Part shown: positions 54,075-64,000 of the stretch, one piece after another
Layout: each line of letters opens with the position of its first letter
Numbering within the stretch: the stretch's first letter is position 1
Sequence record: NC_042307.1
DNA from: a phage
Direction: 5' to 3' (one strand)
DNA: 64,000 bases
The notes under the pieces: generated by a model
The model's database searches: none
Told to the model about the DNA's origin: nothing
What the model saw: the letters and a program-made list of their open reading frames with translations, nothing else
Program-made: the position numbers and the translations under genes

Positions 54075-54560
54075 TTATCTGCGAAGTGACCTACGTGGAG
54101 GCTGATACCTCACTGTTACATTTATTTCTGCTAAACCATATGGGGCCAGTAGACCCTCATCTGTACTAACTGATGTAATGCTCATATCAGTCGCCTCACA
54201 TGGGAAGGTCGATCCATTAGGTTTACTAACAGTATATTCTAAATTTCCACCTGTGTCAATAACGGTTTTTATATCCGCTACGAGTTTTTCAAGTTGCTCT
54301 TGAATGTCTGTTTTCTCTTTATCGTACACCAGGATTGGAAGTTCTAAAAACATCCACTGTTGACCTGAAGGAAGATACTGCCCAGTTTCAGTTCCGATAT
54401 GAACTGCAACATAAGGAAACTCTCGTATCTCCTCAAACTTATAAGTTTGACGTGAGACGTTTCCATACAAGTTATTAAAATATTCATCTGGTCGGGAGCC
54501 ATCCATTTGTTTGGCTATTCGATCAACCAGAGCTTGTGCTATACTTGTTCTGTGATCCAT
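54075..54560 (-). CDS. putative tail completion / head-tail joining protein
   Basis: 161 aa; position. Confidence 0.35.
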   Translation of the reverse strand: MDHRTSIAQALVDRIAKQMDGSRPDEYFNNLYGNVSRQTYKFEEIREFPYVAVHIGTETGQYLPSGQQWMFLELPILVYDKEKTDIQEQLEKLVADIKTVIDTGGNLEYTVSKPNGSTFPCEATDMSITSVSTDEGLLAPYGLAEINVTVRYQPPRRSLRR

Positions 54561-54563
54561 TTA

Positions 54564-55331
54564 TTAGGTTCCTTGATTAACCTTAATTTTGTATCTGGAG
54601 TGAATTAAGTCTCTTGCAGCTTTAGCTATAGCCTCTCCAATTAGTCTTTGAGGGTTTCTAGCACCTGGGTAGGGTCGTAATGACAATCTTCGATATGTAG
54701 ATACTGCAGGATTAAATACTGAATATGGACGTACCATATAATTATATGTAACATTTAATTCAGGAGCACCTTTGCTAGTTCCAGCATCTCTAAGCATAAC
54801 ATCTTTAACTTTTAGAGAATTTGCAAAACGACCTGTTCTAAATTTAAGTGGAGCTCCTGCTTTTTTCATATCCTTTATTAAGTATTCTTTAGCAACCAAC
54901 TCCAGAATAACCTTCATATTACTGTTTGATACAAAACGACCAGAAGCACCTGTTACTGCGCCGGAATACCCACCCTCAACATCACTAGGATCACCAAAGT
55001 TTACCTGTACCCTACCAGTAGAACGTTTTTTACCTACAGAGGATTTTTTACCAGCGGTTGCTTGAATAAGGCTTTCTAAAGCCCCTAAGTCTCCTGTTAG
55101 ATCTAAGCTAGAAGATACAGCTTTTAGAATAGAAGCGGTCCTAACATTAAGGAGATCTTGGGATACAGGTTTTGAGAACTTAAAAGATACCTGAGCAACA
55201 GTACCATCCCTAGTAGGATCTTTTAGTCCTGTTTCAATAGAATATACAACAGTATTCTTATTGTTCTCGGAACGCCCAACATTATCTAGCTGCTCCTTAA
55301 TAATTTGTGTAGCTAAGTCAGAAAGAGACAT
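54564..55331 (-). CDS. putative head-tail joining protein
   Basis: 255 aa; position. Confidence 0.35.
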   Translation of the reverse strand: MSLSDLATQIIKEQLDNVGRSENNKNTVVYSIETGLKDPTRDGTVAQVSFKFSKPVSQDLLNVRTASILKAVSSSLDLTGDLGALESLIQATAGKKSSVGKKRSTGRVQVNFGDPSDVEGGYSGAVTGASGRFVSNSNMKVILELVAKEYLIKDMKKAGAPLKFRTGRFANSLKVKDVMLRDAGTSKGAPELNVTYNYMVRPYSVFNPAVSTYRRLSLRPYPGARNPQRLIGEAIAKAARDLIHSRYKIKVNQGT

Positions 55332-55843
55332 TATACTCTCCTGTAAACTTCAATAATAGTACGAATATGCTCTGGAATACCAGACTTAGTATTATTAAAA
55401 GTAACTGTTTCTCCGCCAATTGTTTTAGCTTGACGGTAATCCTGTTTATGCCAATGATCTACTAGCATACATGCTGCAAGTTTGAGATCCTCAGGTATTG
55501 GATTAAATCCACCTTGTGTGTATTCTACATCCATATAACCTTCCGGAGGATTAAATTTAAGAAGTATAACCCCATCAGAGTACAACTTATACTGTTCGGG
55601 ATCTATCTCCTTATCATTAATAGTCATTTTGGTTACTGAAGTAGCTGAGGGAGAACTTAAAAAGTATTTTTTACGAGTAGGTTTTGTATTGATTAACTGG
55701 TCTACCGCATCAGCATCATCCATACCTAAAAGGCTAGTAATCAGCGCATTGGCAGCAGTAATCATCATCTCTATTCCAGATTCTAGTTCAGGTCGTTTTA
55801 AACCACCGTATAATCTATAGTCTTCAGCTGTGATTATTTGCAT
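55331..55843 (-). CDS. putative head completion protein
   Basis: 170 aa; first gene after capsid-gene terminator. Confidence 0.35.
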   Translation of the reverse strand: MQIITAEDYRLYGGLKRPELESGIEMMITAANALITSLLGMDDADAVDQLINTKPTRKKYFLSSPSATSVTKMTINDKEIDPEQYKLYSDGVILLKFNPPEGYMDVEYTQGGFNPIPEDLKLAACMLVDHWHKQDYRQAKTIGGETVTFNNTKSGIPEHIRTIIEVYRRV

Positions 55844-55861
55844 TTATTTTTCCCAATAAAA

Positions 55862-55883
55862 AAGGAGAGCCGAAGCTCTCCTT
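55862..55883 (-). terminator. strong terminator after the major capsid gene
   Basis: 9-bp stem AAGGAGAGC/GCTCTCCTT with UUCG tetraloop on mRNA, then UUUUUAUUGGG. Confidence 0.7.
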
Positions 55884-55902
55884 ATCGGCTGAAAAGCCTG
55901 TA

Positions 55903-57279
55903 TTAAGCGGTAGCGTAAGCACCGGATACAACACCATTACTAAAGTAACGTTGCAGGTTAACACGCTGAGTAACGTAGTATGCATCACGCTGTTTACCAG
56001 CTTGGCGCTCACGTTCAACAGTAACAGCACGCTGACGTGGCATTACGAAGTTATCTTTATAAACAATAACTGCGAACTCTTTCTCAGCTGCTTTAGCTGG
56101 GAAGTACTCAGAAACCACAACCGGCAGACCATAAATACGACCAACCTGACCTTGCAGTTTAACAGCATCGTTACCAACCTGTGCAACATCCTGCCATTCT
56201 TCATCTTCCAGAAGATCATAGTAAGCATCCATAGATACGATAAGTACCAGTTTGCTCAGTTTCAGACCATGACGGCCCAGTTTACGACGCAGTTTAGAGA
56301 TAGTTTTAGCAGTTACCAGAACAGAACCATCAGCTTTAGCTTCAGTAGTAACTTTAGCACCATCATCTTCAGCCAGTTTCAACAGACCTTTCGGCTTACC
56401 AGTACCATCACCAGTCATAAAAGCTTCTTCGATAGAAACAGCGTGTGCTTCAATCAGACGCTTACGCAGCAGCGGCAGCAGGGAGAAGATTGCATCTTCT
56501 TCAGTTTCATCAGTAATGAAGGACTTAGCAGCCAGTTTGTAAGTACTGAAGTGAATTTCTTTAAGAGCACCTTTAACTTCATCACCGGTAGTAGTATCAG
56601 TACCATAAGTAGAAGCAGCAACCCAAGTAGCTTTACCAGCATCCGGTTCAACCAGCATAGTAAGAATCTTACTGGACATCGGCAGTTCTTCAAACAGTGC
56701 GCCAACTACCAGCTCTTTCTGCAGGTCACGGATAATACGCTGAGAGAAAATAGTTTCATAGCTTTCACTAGAAACTTCTACAGAAGAAGACTGATTCACT
56801 GCTTTCAGGTGTTTTTGACCGTGTTCGGTTTCGAATACACCTTTTTCCATTACGTAAGACAACAGAACCAGTTTTTCTACTTCGTCTTCAAAGTTTTCCT
56901 GAGTACCATACAGTGCTTTAGCAACACTATCACCAACGAAGGAACGACCTTCACGAGCTGTTAGCAGAGATTTAATTTCGTCCTGAAGACCAACAATAGT
57001 TTCCTGTTGTTTTTCTACAGTTTGTGCAAACAGTTCTGCGCTCTTCTTAGATTTCTCATCCAGAGACTTAACCAAATCCAGAGCCTCTTCCAGACGCTTA
57101 CGGTCTTCACCAACAGCTTTAGAAACTAGGTCATTCATACGAGCCAGTTCTTTTTCTTCCTGCTCTTTACGCATACGTTCAGCTTCCTGAGCTTTCTGAG
57201 CAGCGGTCAGACCTTCCAGAGATTTAGCCAGATCACCCAGACCAAGTTCTTCTTTCAGCTTATTAATATCAATAGTCAT
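55903..57279 (-). CDS. major capsid protein precursor with N-terminal scaffold-like domain (pb8-like)
   Basis: 458 aa; charged coiled-coil N-terminal third then HK97-like fold region; strong terminator downstream. Confidence 0.7.
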   Translation of the reverse strand: MTIDINKLKEELGLGDLAKSLEGLTAAQKAQEAERMRKEQEEKELARMNDLVSKAVGEDRKRLEEALDLVKSLDEKSKKSAELFAQTVEKQQETIVGLQDEIKSLLTAREGRSFVGDSVAKALYGTQENFEDEVEKLVLLSYVMEKGVFETEHGQKHLKAVNQSSSVEVSSESYETIFSQRIIRDLQKELVVGALFEELPMSSKILTMLVEPDAGKATWVAASTYGTDTTTGDEVKGALKEIHFSTYKLAAKSFITDETEEDAIFSLLPLLRKRLIEAHAVSIEEAFMTGDGTGKPKGLLKLAEDDGAKVTTEAKADGSVLVTAKTISKLRRKLGRHGLKLSKLVLIVSMDAYYDLLEDEEWQDVAQVGNDAVKLQGQVGRIYGLPVVVSEYFPAKAAEKEFAVIVYKDNFVMPRQRAVTVERERQAGKQRDAYYVTQRVNLQRYFSNGVVSGAYATA

Positions 57280-57296
57280 TTTTAAATAATTCTCCG

Positions 57297-57929
57297 TTAT
57301 TCTTTAACGTAGCCTAAAGCTATCGCAAGTTTTTCTAGTTCAGAAAGATTACGTTCTTGAGCTGGGACAGCTTTAGAACTTATTGCAGTAAAAGATTTAC
57401 GCCATTCAGTATAATCATGACCATTCATGCTCTTAGCGAGATTGAATGTTGAGTCCTGATTACAAGGTACAGAAACTACCGAGACTTCGTATAGTTCTAA
57501 ATCTTTAATAATAAATATATCAGTAGCTTCATCCCACTCTGCATCTAGGCAGCGGAATCCGATACTAAAAGTTTTCAGTACACCGTTTTTAATTAGTGAA
57601 AAGATAGCCGGATCAGAACTTTCATAGATCTCGCATTCGATTTCGAGACCCATTTCAGTAGGGTTAAGATCAATACACTTACCGATTGGACGACGATGAT
57701 CGTGTCCGAAAAGAATAATCGGGTTTTTCATGTAGTTAGTAAGTGCATTAGACGTTTTCCACGCAGAAGCAGGAATTACATCACCAGCGCGATCTTTACT
57801 AATTGTATTAGCGAATCCACGGATTTTTACAACACCTTCTTTGGATTCGCTATCAATAGATTTAATATAAGCATCTAAATGAACGGGTGCTGATTTTAAC
57901 TTGTTATAGTCAATAGCAGCTTGTGTCAT
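57297..57929 (-). CDS. prohead protease
   Basis: 210 aa; position between capsid and decoration/portal genes. Confidence 0.55.
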   Translation of the reverse strand: MTQAAIDYNKLKSAPVHLDAYIKSIDSESKEGVVKIRGFANTISKDRAGDVIPASAWKTSNALTNYMKNPIILFGHDHRRPIGKCIDLNPTEMGLEIECEIYESSDPAIFSLIKNGVLKTFSIGFRCLDAEWDEATDIFIIKDLELYEVSVVSVPCNQDSTFNLAKSMNGHDYTEWRKSFTAISSKAVPAQERNLSELEKLAIALGYVKE

Positions 57930-57932
57930 TTA

Positions 57933-58415
57933 TTAGCCTCCAACACCAAGGTTAACTGTCACAGTACACGCAGTAGAATCCTTACTTACTCGCTTACTAT
58001 CTGTTACAGTTACTTTATAAGAGCCTGCATCCTCAGCTGCTGCTGTAGGCTTAGTATAGGTAGCTCCTGAAGCACCAGGAATAGGAGAACCATTTTTAGT
58101 CCATGCATAGGTATATGGACCAGTACCACCAGTTGCAGTAACAGAAAGTGTTAAAGCTGCTCCAGTATCAACGGACATGCTAGCAGTTAAATCTTTAGAA
58201 AGAGTTAATGGTGGAGCTGGAGGAATTGCTTTACCATAAGCCTCTACAAATTTCTTCCATACTTTACGGTTAGTATGCGCAGATGAAAGTCCTAGTTCTC
58301 TACGCAGAAAAGCATAGCTAGGAACATATTTATGCGCAGCAACCGTAGCAAAGAAGATATGAGATTCTGGTAGTTTTTCACCAAAAATGGTCCTTAGACC
58401 ACTATAATCAATCAT
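57933..58415 (-). CDS. capsid decoration protein with Ig-like domain
   Basis: 160 aa; C-terminal ..TATGGTGPYTYAWTKNGSPIPGASGATYT.. is Ig-like. Confidence 0.5.
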   Translation of the reverse strand: MIDYSGLRTIFGEKLPESHIFFATVAAHKYVPSYAFLRRELGLSSAHTNRKVWKKFVEAYGKAIPPAPPLTLSKDLTASMSVDTGAALTLSVTATGGTGPYTYAWTKNGSPIPGASGATYTKPTAAAEDAGSYKVTVTDSKRVSKDSTACTVTVNLGVGG

Positions 58416-58417
58416 TC

Positions 58418-59629
58418 TTAATCTCCCTCGGTGGAACCTTTAGGTCTACCACCTTCTTGACCAGATACACCTGTTGCAGAACCAGCGACGTTAGCAGGAA
58501 TACGGATCTTATTCATCTGCTCATCATCTAAAGGCTCAAGGTTCAGCTCTGAACGAGCTTCGTTACCGGTTATAATACCATTATTAACCAATGAGGTTAA
58601 ATGTTTAGCCTCTGCTTCTTTATCTGGTGTTAATGCTGCGACTTCCTTAGTATTAGGAGTGATCTTATAACCAAAAAAGAAAGTAAGAGAACTAGTCAGT
58701 TTGTTCAGCATAGGAATGATAGTCATATAATAGAACAATTCGATGTTTGGTCGAATGTTCGCATTATTACCACCATCAAGCAGTACTTGCGGAACTCCAA
58801 AGGCTAGACAAATAGATTTATTAAATCCTTCGATGTCTTCCTTAAAGTCTAGATCTTTAAAAGAGGATATTTGGGAGTACGGTTTAGCTTTCATACCACC
58901 ATCTAGAATCAGGACAGAAGACTGACCCGTACTAGGATTATAATCGAGTTGTAATTCTTCTTGTTTACGCTCACGCAATTTCTTGTTCAGGATTTCATCC
59001 GTCTCAAGAATAAGACCAATCACGGTTCCGTTATCGAGGAATTTCTCTTTAAAGTTAAGCATCTTAGAACGCTTCTCAAGAGAATCAATAACAGTAGCAA
59101 CACGAGATTGTCCAGAAATTTGAGAGTTTGTGCCACACACGTAACTGTTATCCTTTATAAAGATAATCTCATCTACGCGATAGTCTATCTGATTATTAAA
59201 TGTAAATTTTTTGATAAACTTATTGGCATCTGCCTCGACCTGCATAAGAGCAGCCGGGACGTGGTAAAGCGATGTGCCATCCCAATAGATGTATGCACAA
59301 CCTTCAAAAAGTAGGTCAGTGACTACAAGTCTACGGAATGTGCTTATATCCATGAATGGATTAGGTCGTACATTTAAGAGAGTGTCTAGAGTCTTTGTTT
59401 TGACGCCATTAGCGTACGTAACAATATTATATTTATCTCCGACAGTATAAGAACACTCCGCCGCACTATCTATAACCATATTAGCAGTTCGATTGAGAAT
59501 CTCAATCTTGCTATAGGCTTGTCCAGTGGTAAAAGGCTTACGGTTAGTGCGATGACTAACTGGTTCCATGTCTCTTATAATACGTTGACCCGGATTTAGC
59601 TTTTCAGTAATCCAGCTTTTAAAACCCAT
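58418..59629 (-). CDS. portal protein
   Basis: 403 aa; position next to terminase. Confidence 0.65.
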   Translation of the reverse strand: MGFKSWITEKLNPGQRIIRDMEPVSHRTNRKPFTTGQAYSKIEILNRTANMVIDSAAECSYTVGDKYNIVTYANGVKTKTLDTLLNVRPNPFMDISTFRRLVVTDLLFEGCAYIYWDGTSLYHVPAALMQVEADANKFIKKFTFNNQIDYRVDEIIFIKDNSYVCGTNSQISGQSRVATVIDSLEKRSKMLNFKEKFLDNGTVIGLILETDEILNKKLRERKQEELQLDYNPSTGQSSVLILDGGMKAKPYSQISSFKDLDFKEDIEGFNKSICLAFGVPQVLLDGGNNANIRPNIELFYYMTIIPMLNKLTSSLTFFFGYKITPNTKEVAALTPDKEAEAKHLTSLVNNGIITGNEARSELNLEPLDDEQMNKIRIPANVAGSATGVSGQEGGRPKGSTEGD

Positions 59630-60066
59630 TATAAGAACCTTGCGAATCCTGATTTTGTTTCAGTCTTGACTTGTGTCTTTTCTTGAGGATTCTGTATTTT
59701 GTCTTTCTGCTTTTGAACCCACACTTTTTGCTTATTAGCAGAAAATAAAGGAGGTTCTTTTGTGTAAACCTTATGTAATAGTTGGTGATGGTGCTGGCAC
59801 AATGTTACCACGTCCCTAACTAACTCATGCTCATATTTCTTGTAGAATGCTTCCCTATTTGAAAGGACGATATTCTCATCAGTGAAATCCAGCTGGAGTT
59901 CTTTAGCAAATTTTTTTATTAGCTGAGATATAGTATGATAGTGATGAAGTTCTAGGTCTTCACTACTACCACATATAGCACAGCAACCATCCTTACTATA
60001 CCTAGATTTTATACCATCCCTCATTATGGAAATGGCATCACGTTTGTACTTAGTATTAGTGGCCAT
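59629..60066 (-). CDS. HNH endonuclease (classical HNH with Zn-binding cysteines), terminase-associated
   Basis: CCAICGSSEDLELHHYHTIS...LCQHHHQLLH; ATG 60066 with GGAGGA upstream. Confidence 0.7.
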   Translation of the reverse strand: MATNTKYKRDAISIMRDGIKSRYSKDGCCAICGSSEDLELHHYHTISQLIKKFAKELQLDFTDENIVLSNREAFYKKYEHELVRDVVTLCQHHHQLLHKVYTKEPPLFSANKQKVWVQKQKDKIQNPQEKTQVKTETKSGFARFL

Positions 60067-60730
60067 ACTCCTCCAATCCAAAGCTATTTAGAAAGATTAC
60101 TATATCCTCAGGAGCAACATTAAAAAATTCCGTGCTTCCTGTAAAATTAGAAAACCCACAGTTTTTATTATAATATTCTCTGTGAACTTCCTTTTCTAAA
60201 TCTAAAGCAGTCTCTCTATCTGGCAGATGATACATGGTGAACAAGTACAGGTCAGAAAATCCAGATTCTCTTTTAACTTCATTCAACCGTTTCTCGGGAT
60301 ATAAGCTTATGCCTACTTTAGTACCGCTAGAGAAGGACATGATATAGAGGAATCCACCATTCTCCCACTTAAGAGAACAATAAGGACATCTCTTACCTTG
60401 AGTCAATCCATCTAAGGTAATGAAACAGTCATGCCCATTATTGCAGCGTAGATGTAGTTTTGTTTTAGCATTAGTATAGCTGCTTAACAGAGTATACCCT
60501 ATATTAGATATTCTGTTACTAACTTCATCTAACGATATTGTATTATTGGAGCAGTGTGGACAACCTCTCCTCATATGGAGTATAGAATGTGGTGTTGCTT
60601 CCCAAACGTGTGCTCTCTGGCATTTAAATACTGTTTTTGTACGTTGGTTTACATATTCACCGACAATTTGGATTCCACGATCAGCTAATCTAATATTTAT
60701 ATCTTTTATTGTTAGCTTTTGTCGACCCAT
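60056..60730 (-). CDS. putative homing endonuclease: zinc-ribbon repeats plus GIY-YIG-like/T5orf172-like domain; paralog of 7801..8670
   Basis: ..GEYVNQRTKTVFKCQRAHVWEATPHSILHMRRGCPHCS.., FLYIMSFSSGTKVGIS; ATG 60730 with AGGAGA upstream. Confidence 0.5.
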   Translation of the reverse strand: MGRQKLTIKDINIRLADRGIQIVGEYVNQRTKTVFKCQRAHVWEATPHSILHMRRGCPHCSNNTISLDEVSNRISNIGYTLLSSYTNAKTKLHLRCNNGHDCFITLDGLTQGKRCPYCSLKWENGGFLYIMSFSSGTKVGISLYPEKRLNEVKRESGFSDLYLFTMYHLPDRETALDLEKEVHREYYNKNCGFSNFTGSTEFFNVAPEDIVIFLNSFGLEEYGH

Positions 60731-60900
60731 AGAATCTCCTACACCCATGTAGAGCATTAATTTTTCTTGTTTACGTTCTATTATGGGAGAAGTTCTCCCG
60801 ATCAATGAATATAGTATACATAATCGTATCGAATTTGTAAAGGGGATTTTAAAATACAGGAATGGGATACCAACTGAGTAGTATCCCATCCTATACTTAT

Positions 60901-62217
60901 TTATTTACCACGGGAAATAGAGTAAATTCCATAGCGGAGCGCGTCACAAAGGTGAGAGTTTGCATCATGACGTGGTTTTTCACGTGATAATTTCTCTTCG
61001 CCTTCCTGGAAGTCCCACTTATAGTTCTGCAATGCATGAATTAAGGAGGAACATGAGGCATCCACAATAATTTTCCCTTGCTGGAATAACGCTTGCAAAC
61101 ATGCTAGGCCATCTAGAACAGATTTTTTAGCTGGAGCTGATGCAATTTCGTGCTCGTAAGCTAAGTCCTGGCGGAATTGGGCTGCTGCGGAGTCCACAAA
61201 GATACGATCAACGTTGTAACGATCTATACAGTGCTGAATATATGCTGCATGTTGAGCCGTGGTCTTCTCAGCTTGCTGGTATTCCTCCAATACATAGTAG
61301 ATATCGGTATCGTAATGATATTTAATAGTAAGAACTGCGGTAGGATCTCGATAACCAACGTCAATACCAAGTAAGGTTTCGAATGCTTCATCATCTTTAA
61401 AGAAGTGACGCATACCTTTAAGGTCTTTAACATGCTCAATGGCGTTGAAGGTATCAAAGATCTGTCCTTCGAACACAGAGAAGTCAGCCTCATATTCTTG
61501 TCGGAAGTAGTTTTTACTAACAGTACGACGAGCTTCCTCGATATCGTTAAGGTCAGCACGTGGGTTGTCACGATACGTCCCATGGATAGATACCCAGTTA
61601 GGTAGTGTCTCGTTAAATCCTTTCTCATAAAACTCTTTGAACCAGTTACCACCACGAGGGGTAGAAATGAAAAGAGCCTTAGAGTTTGGTTTATCTAGGG
61701 TTGGACGAAGCTGAATATCGAATGCAGCACCACCAACGTCAGAGATTGCGGCTTCATCAAAGATGATGAAATCATAGGAACGACCAACTGCGGAGTCAGC
61801 CTGAGCAGCAGAAGCTAATTTGAACAGAGAACCGTTGGCCAGCTCAATTTCTTTATCTTTGGCATTCTCACGCTCAGTCTGCAATCCATATTTTTTAATT
61901 AGACCACGAATCTGTGACCAACCGATGTTTGCTAGTGAGTAGTTAGGTGCAACTACCAGCACTTTTACATTAGGTTCTAGCAGTTTTAGGAACCCAAGTG
62001 TATATGCGATAAATGACTTACCTACACGACGTGATACACAAGCAGTTACGAAACGATGTCTAGGATCTTCCAGTGCGTTAATAATAGCTACCTGAGGGGC
62101 ATTAGGCGTAATCCCCTCTTGAGCTAGAATACTGGAAACTGGTAAACGAAAGAAACGTTTATCAATCCCAAAGTCTATGACGTCTGTTGTGTTAATATAG
62201 GGTCTTGAGACCTCCAT
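60901..62217 (-). CDS. terminase large subunit
   Basis: Walker A SRRVGKSF, Walker B DFIIFDEAA, C-terminal nuclease acidic residues. Confidence 0.85.
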   Translation of the reverse strand: MEVSRPYINTTDVIDFGIDKRFFRLPVSSILAQEGITPNAPQVAIINALEDPRHRFVTACVSRRVGKSFIAYTLGFLKLLEPNVKVLVVAPNYSLANIGWSQIRGLIKKYGLQTERENAKDKEIELANGSLFKLASAAQADSAVGRSYDFIIFDEAAISDVGGAAFDIQLRPTLDKPNSKALFISTPRGGNWFKEFYEKGFNETLPNWVSIHGTYRDNPRADLNDIEEARRTVSKNYFRQEYEADFSVFEGQIFDTFNAIEHVKDLKGMRHFFKDDEAFETLLGIDVGYRDPTAVLTIKYHYDTDIYYVLEEYQQAEKTTAQHAAYIQHCIDRYNVDRIFVDSAAAQFRQDLAYEHEIASAPAKKSVLDGLACLQALFQQGKIIVDASCSSLIHALQNYKWDFQEGEEKLSREKPRHDANSHLCDALRYGIYSISRGK

Positions 62218-62699
62218 TACCTTTTACCTCCCGTTGCTAGCGAGGTAATTAAGTCCATGTAGTTCTGATCACCGGAGCCAGCAATAATATTGTTCTGAAT
62301 ATTAGTCTGATTAGTAGGAGCACGAGTGGCAGCTCTTGCCTTCTCCAGCTCTACCATCATCTTCATTTCTTCCATCTTCATTTTATGGGCTTTCCACAGA
62401 ATATCCATGATATCCTGGTCAGATCCCATACCCGTTTCTTCAAGTTCTTCCAGCTTACGCTTGATAACCTCATCAAGAACTCCAAACAACTTGTCACGGT
62501 TGCGGAACCCACTTTCCATAAAGATATCATTGAGGTAGTTCTTAACTTCCCCACGATTCATAATATCCCTGAATGCAATTTCCGACATACCAAGACTACG
62601 GGCAGCCATGCGTACATCGCTACCGCACTGTAAATAAGCCTCGATTACATCCATGCCTTCAGGGGACATAAGATCCGGTACTAAAACATCATTTGCCAT
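62217..62699 (-). CDS. putative terminase small subunit
   Basis: 160 aa; ATGA overlap with terminase large subunit. Confidence 0.45.
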   Translation of the reverse strand: MANDVLVPDLMSPEGMDVIEAYLQCGSDVRMAARSLGMSEIAFRDIMNRGEVKNYLNDIFMESGFRNRDKLFGVLDEVIKRKLEELEETGMGSDQDIMDILWKAHKMKMEEMKMMVELEKARAATRAPTNQTNIQNNIIAGSGDQNYMDLITSLATGGKR

Positions 62700-63994
62700 T
62701 ATGTTAACCTCTGAATATTAAGTCTTAGTTTGTGGTATTGAACCCACGGAGTATATGAAACAGGCAGACCGCTCATTGGCAATGCCCTAGAAGTTACCCA
62801 GAATTCTAGGATATTGGAGGCGTTCTTTCTGATATAGTATTGGAATTTGTTTCGAGGAGCACCAGCAGCACCTCCAGCATACGAGATAGTATTAGTAGTT
62901 AGAATAGGTACAAAAGTATTTGTATGTAATACTACAATTTGGTGAGAAACACCATCACCAGCGTCATAGTCATACTTAGTCAAACGTCTGGCAGCCCCCA
63001 CATATGGACCACTACCTGCACCGCTACCAGCATTGTTACCAATACGCTGCATGTTTACGTCACCATCAGTATCACATAGAGAGTTACCCATCCATTCAAT
63101 ACTTAGGAGAATCGTGGAAGGTTCTGGACTACCACCTAAACCAACATCAACTGTGTTTATTAATCTGGTTTCACCATATGCCATAGGATACAGCCTACCA
63201 TTATCTCCAAGAATAATATTGTTGGCTTTATTCTGCGTAAATAAATGTAGAGGTCTTACATTGGGACTCCAGATATCCACACCGTTAATAGCTATCTTAT
63301 TCTGTGGGGAGTTAATCTCGATATTACTATTTTGTGGAAGTCTGTACAATCCGATATTCCATGGTGTTGAGTTACCCACTGTACTACCTGTGTTACTTCC
63401 AGTAAATCCTTTCAAACCGCCCCAGGCATTAGCACCAAAGAATCTGAAAGCACCACCATCATCCATCTCTGTAGAGGACCAAGCAAACACGTTACTAGAG
63501 AAGTAAGTATTACTAATGCTAGGAGTACCGGTACTCACAGCTGCTAACATTTCGTAGTTGGTATTTCTTAGATCAACTCCTTTAATTATGAAGGAATCTT
63601 TTGCAATCTTAATGTCATTACCAGTAAACAGGTTTTCAGCTGAGTAACCCCAGTAGTTATCAAACGTAACGTTTAACCATAGGTACTCCATACGAACTGG
63701 GGTGAATGGGTAGTAAACCTCACTGAATCCAGACATACGCGCATTAGCCACATGACGTTCAGCACCAGCAGTTAGATAAGCGGAACTAGAGTTAGCCATT
63801 GGAATCTGATAGGGGAAATCCAGGTTACGAACCTTAGTATAAGCTGTATTACCATAGGCATTAGGATCACCCATACCAGTAGCACATCTAGCACCACCTG
63901 CTCTAACATACACAGCATCGTAAACACTGCTAGAAGGTCCAAGTGGATGCATGTAATCAGGATTTACCAGGTTCTGACTGTCTTCATAGTTCAT
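62699..63994 (-). CDS. putative tail/receptor-binding structural protein; N-terminus may extend beyond the window
   Basis: Gly/Asn/Ser/Thr/Tyr-rich beta-type composition; frame still open at the window edge upstream of ATG 63994. Confidence 0.35.
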   Translation of the reverse strand: MNYEDSQNLVNPDYMHPLGPSSSVYDAVYVRAGGARCATGMGDPNAYGNTAYTKVRNLDFPYQIPMANSSSAYLTAGAERHVANARMSGFSEVYYPFTPVRMEYLWLNVTFDNYWGYSAENLFTGNDIKIAKDSFIIKGVDLRNTNYEMLAAVSTGTPSISNTYFSSNVFAWSSTEMDDGGAFRFFGANAWGGLKGFTGSNTGSTVGNSTPWNIGLYRLPQNSNIEINSPQNKIAINGVDIWSPNVRPLHLFTQNKANNIILGDNGRLYPMAYGETRLINTVDVGLGGSPEPSTILLSIEWMGNSLCDTDGDVNMQRIGNNAGSGAGSGPYVGAARRLTKYDYDAGDGVSHQIVVLHTNTFVPILTTNTISYAGGAAGAPRNKFQYYIRKNASNILEFWVTSRALPMSGLPVSYTPWVQYHKLRLNIQRLT

Positions 63995-64000
63995 GATAGG

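Noticed and set aside
55951-56964. 337-aa plus-strand ORF
   Set aside because: It lies entirely antisense to the well-supported major capsid gene and has low-complexity F/S/N/T-rich composition typical of a spurious frame.
1-64000. Integrated prophage or temperate lifestyle (integrase, repressor, attachment site)
   Set aside because: No integrase or recombinase motif and no CI-like repressor module; gene content is that of a virulent T5-like phage.

Overview
This 64-kb window looks like a segment of a T5-like virulent phage (Demerecviridae, Tequintavirus-type), judged from gene content, gene order and a promoter that matches the classical T5 PN25 early promoter as I recall it. Positions 1-37.7 kb are the early region: nucleotide metabolism genes (thyA, dhfr, nrdB, nrdA, phoH on the minus strand; nrdD on plus), then a plus-strand replication block (origin-binding/helicase-like protein, split NAD ligase, DnaB-like helicase, primase, family-A DNA polymerase, SF2 helicase, SSB-like protein, SbcD/SbcC, flap endonuclease, dUTPase). 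This region carries seven free-standing MITQ-type HNH homing endonuclease genes, a T5orf172-like endonuclease gene and a family of strong sigma70 promoters. A terminator hairpin near 37.96 kb separates it from the minus-strand late module (38.1-64 kb): tail fibre, collar, baseplate and tail proteins, tape measure, tail tube, capsid, protease, decoration protein, portal and terminase. No tRNA, rRNA, CRISPR array or integrase was found. The most interesting observations are: (1) a glycine-rich small late gene with an in-frame TAG followed by 59 open codons, sitting in its own terminator-bracketed unit; (2) an nrdB whose first ~19 codons are in a different frame from the rest; (3) a small early gene split by a +1 shift at a UGA; (4) tail-chaperone ORFs arranged as for a programmed frameshift; (5) an orphan promoter and 530-bp non-coding region upstream of the putative origin-binding protein gene. 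All functional calls rest on motif recognition by eye, with no database search; coordinates of short motifs are hand-counted and may be off by a base or two.
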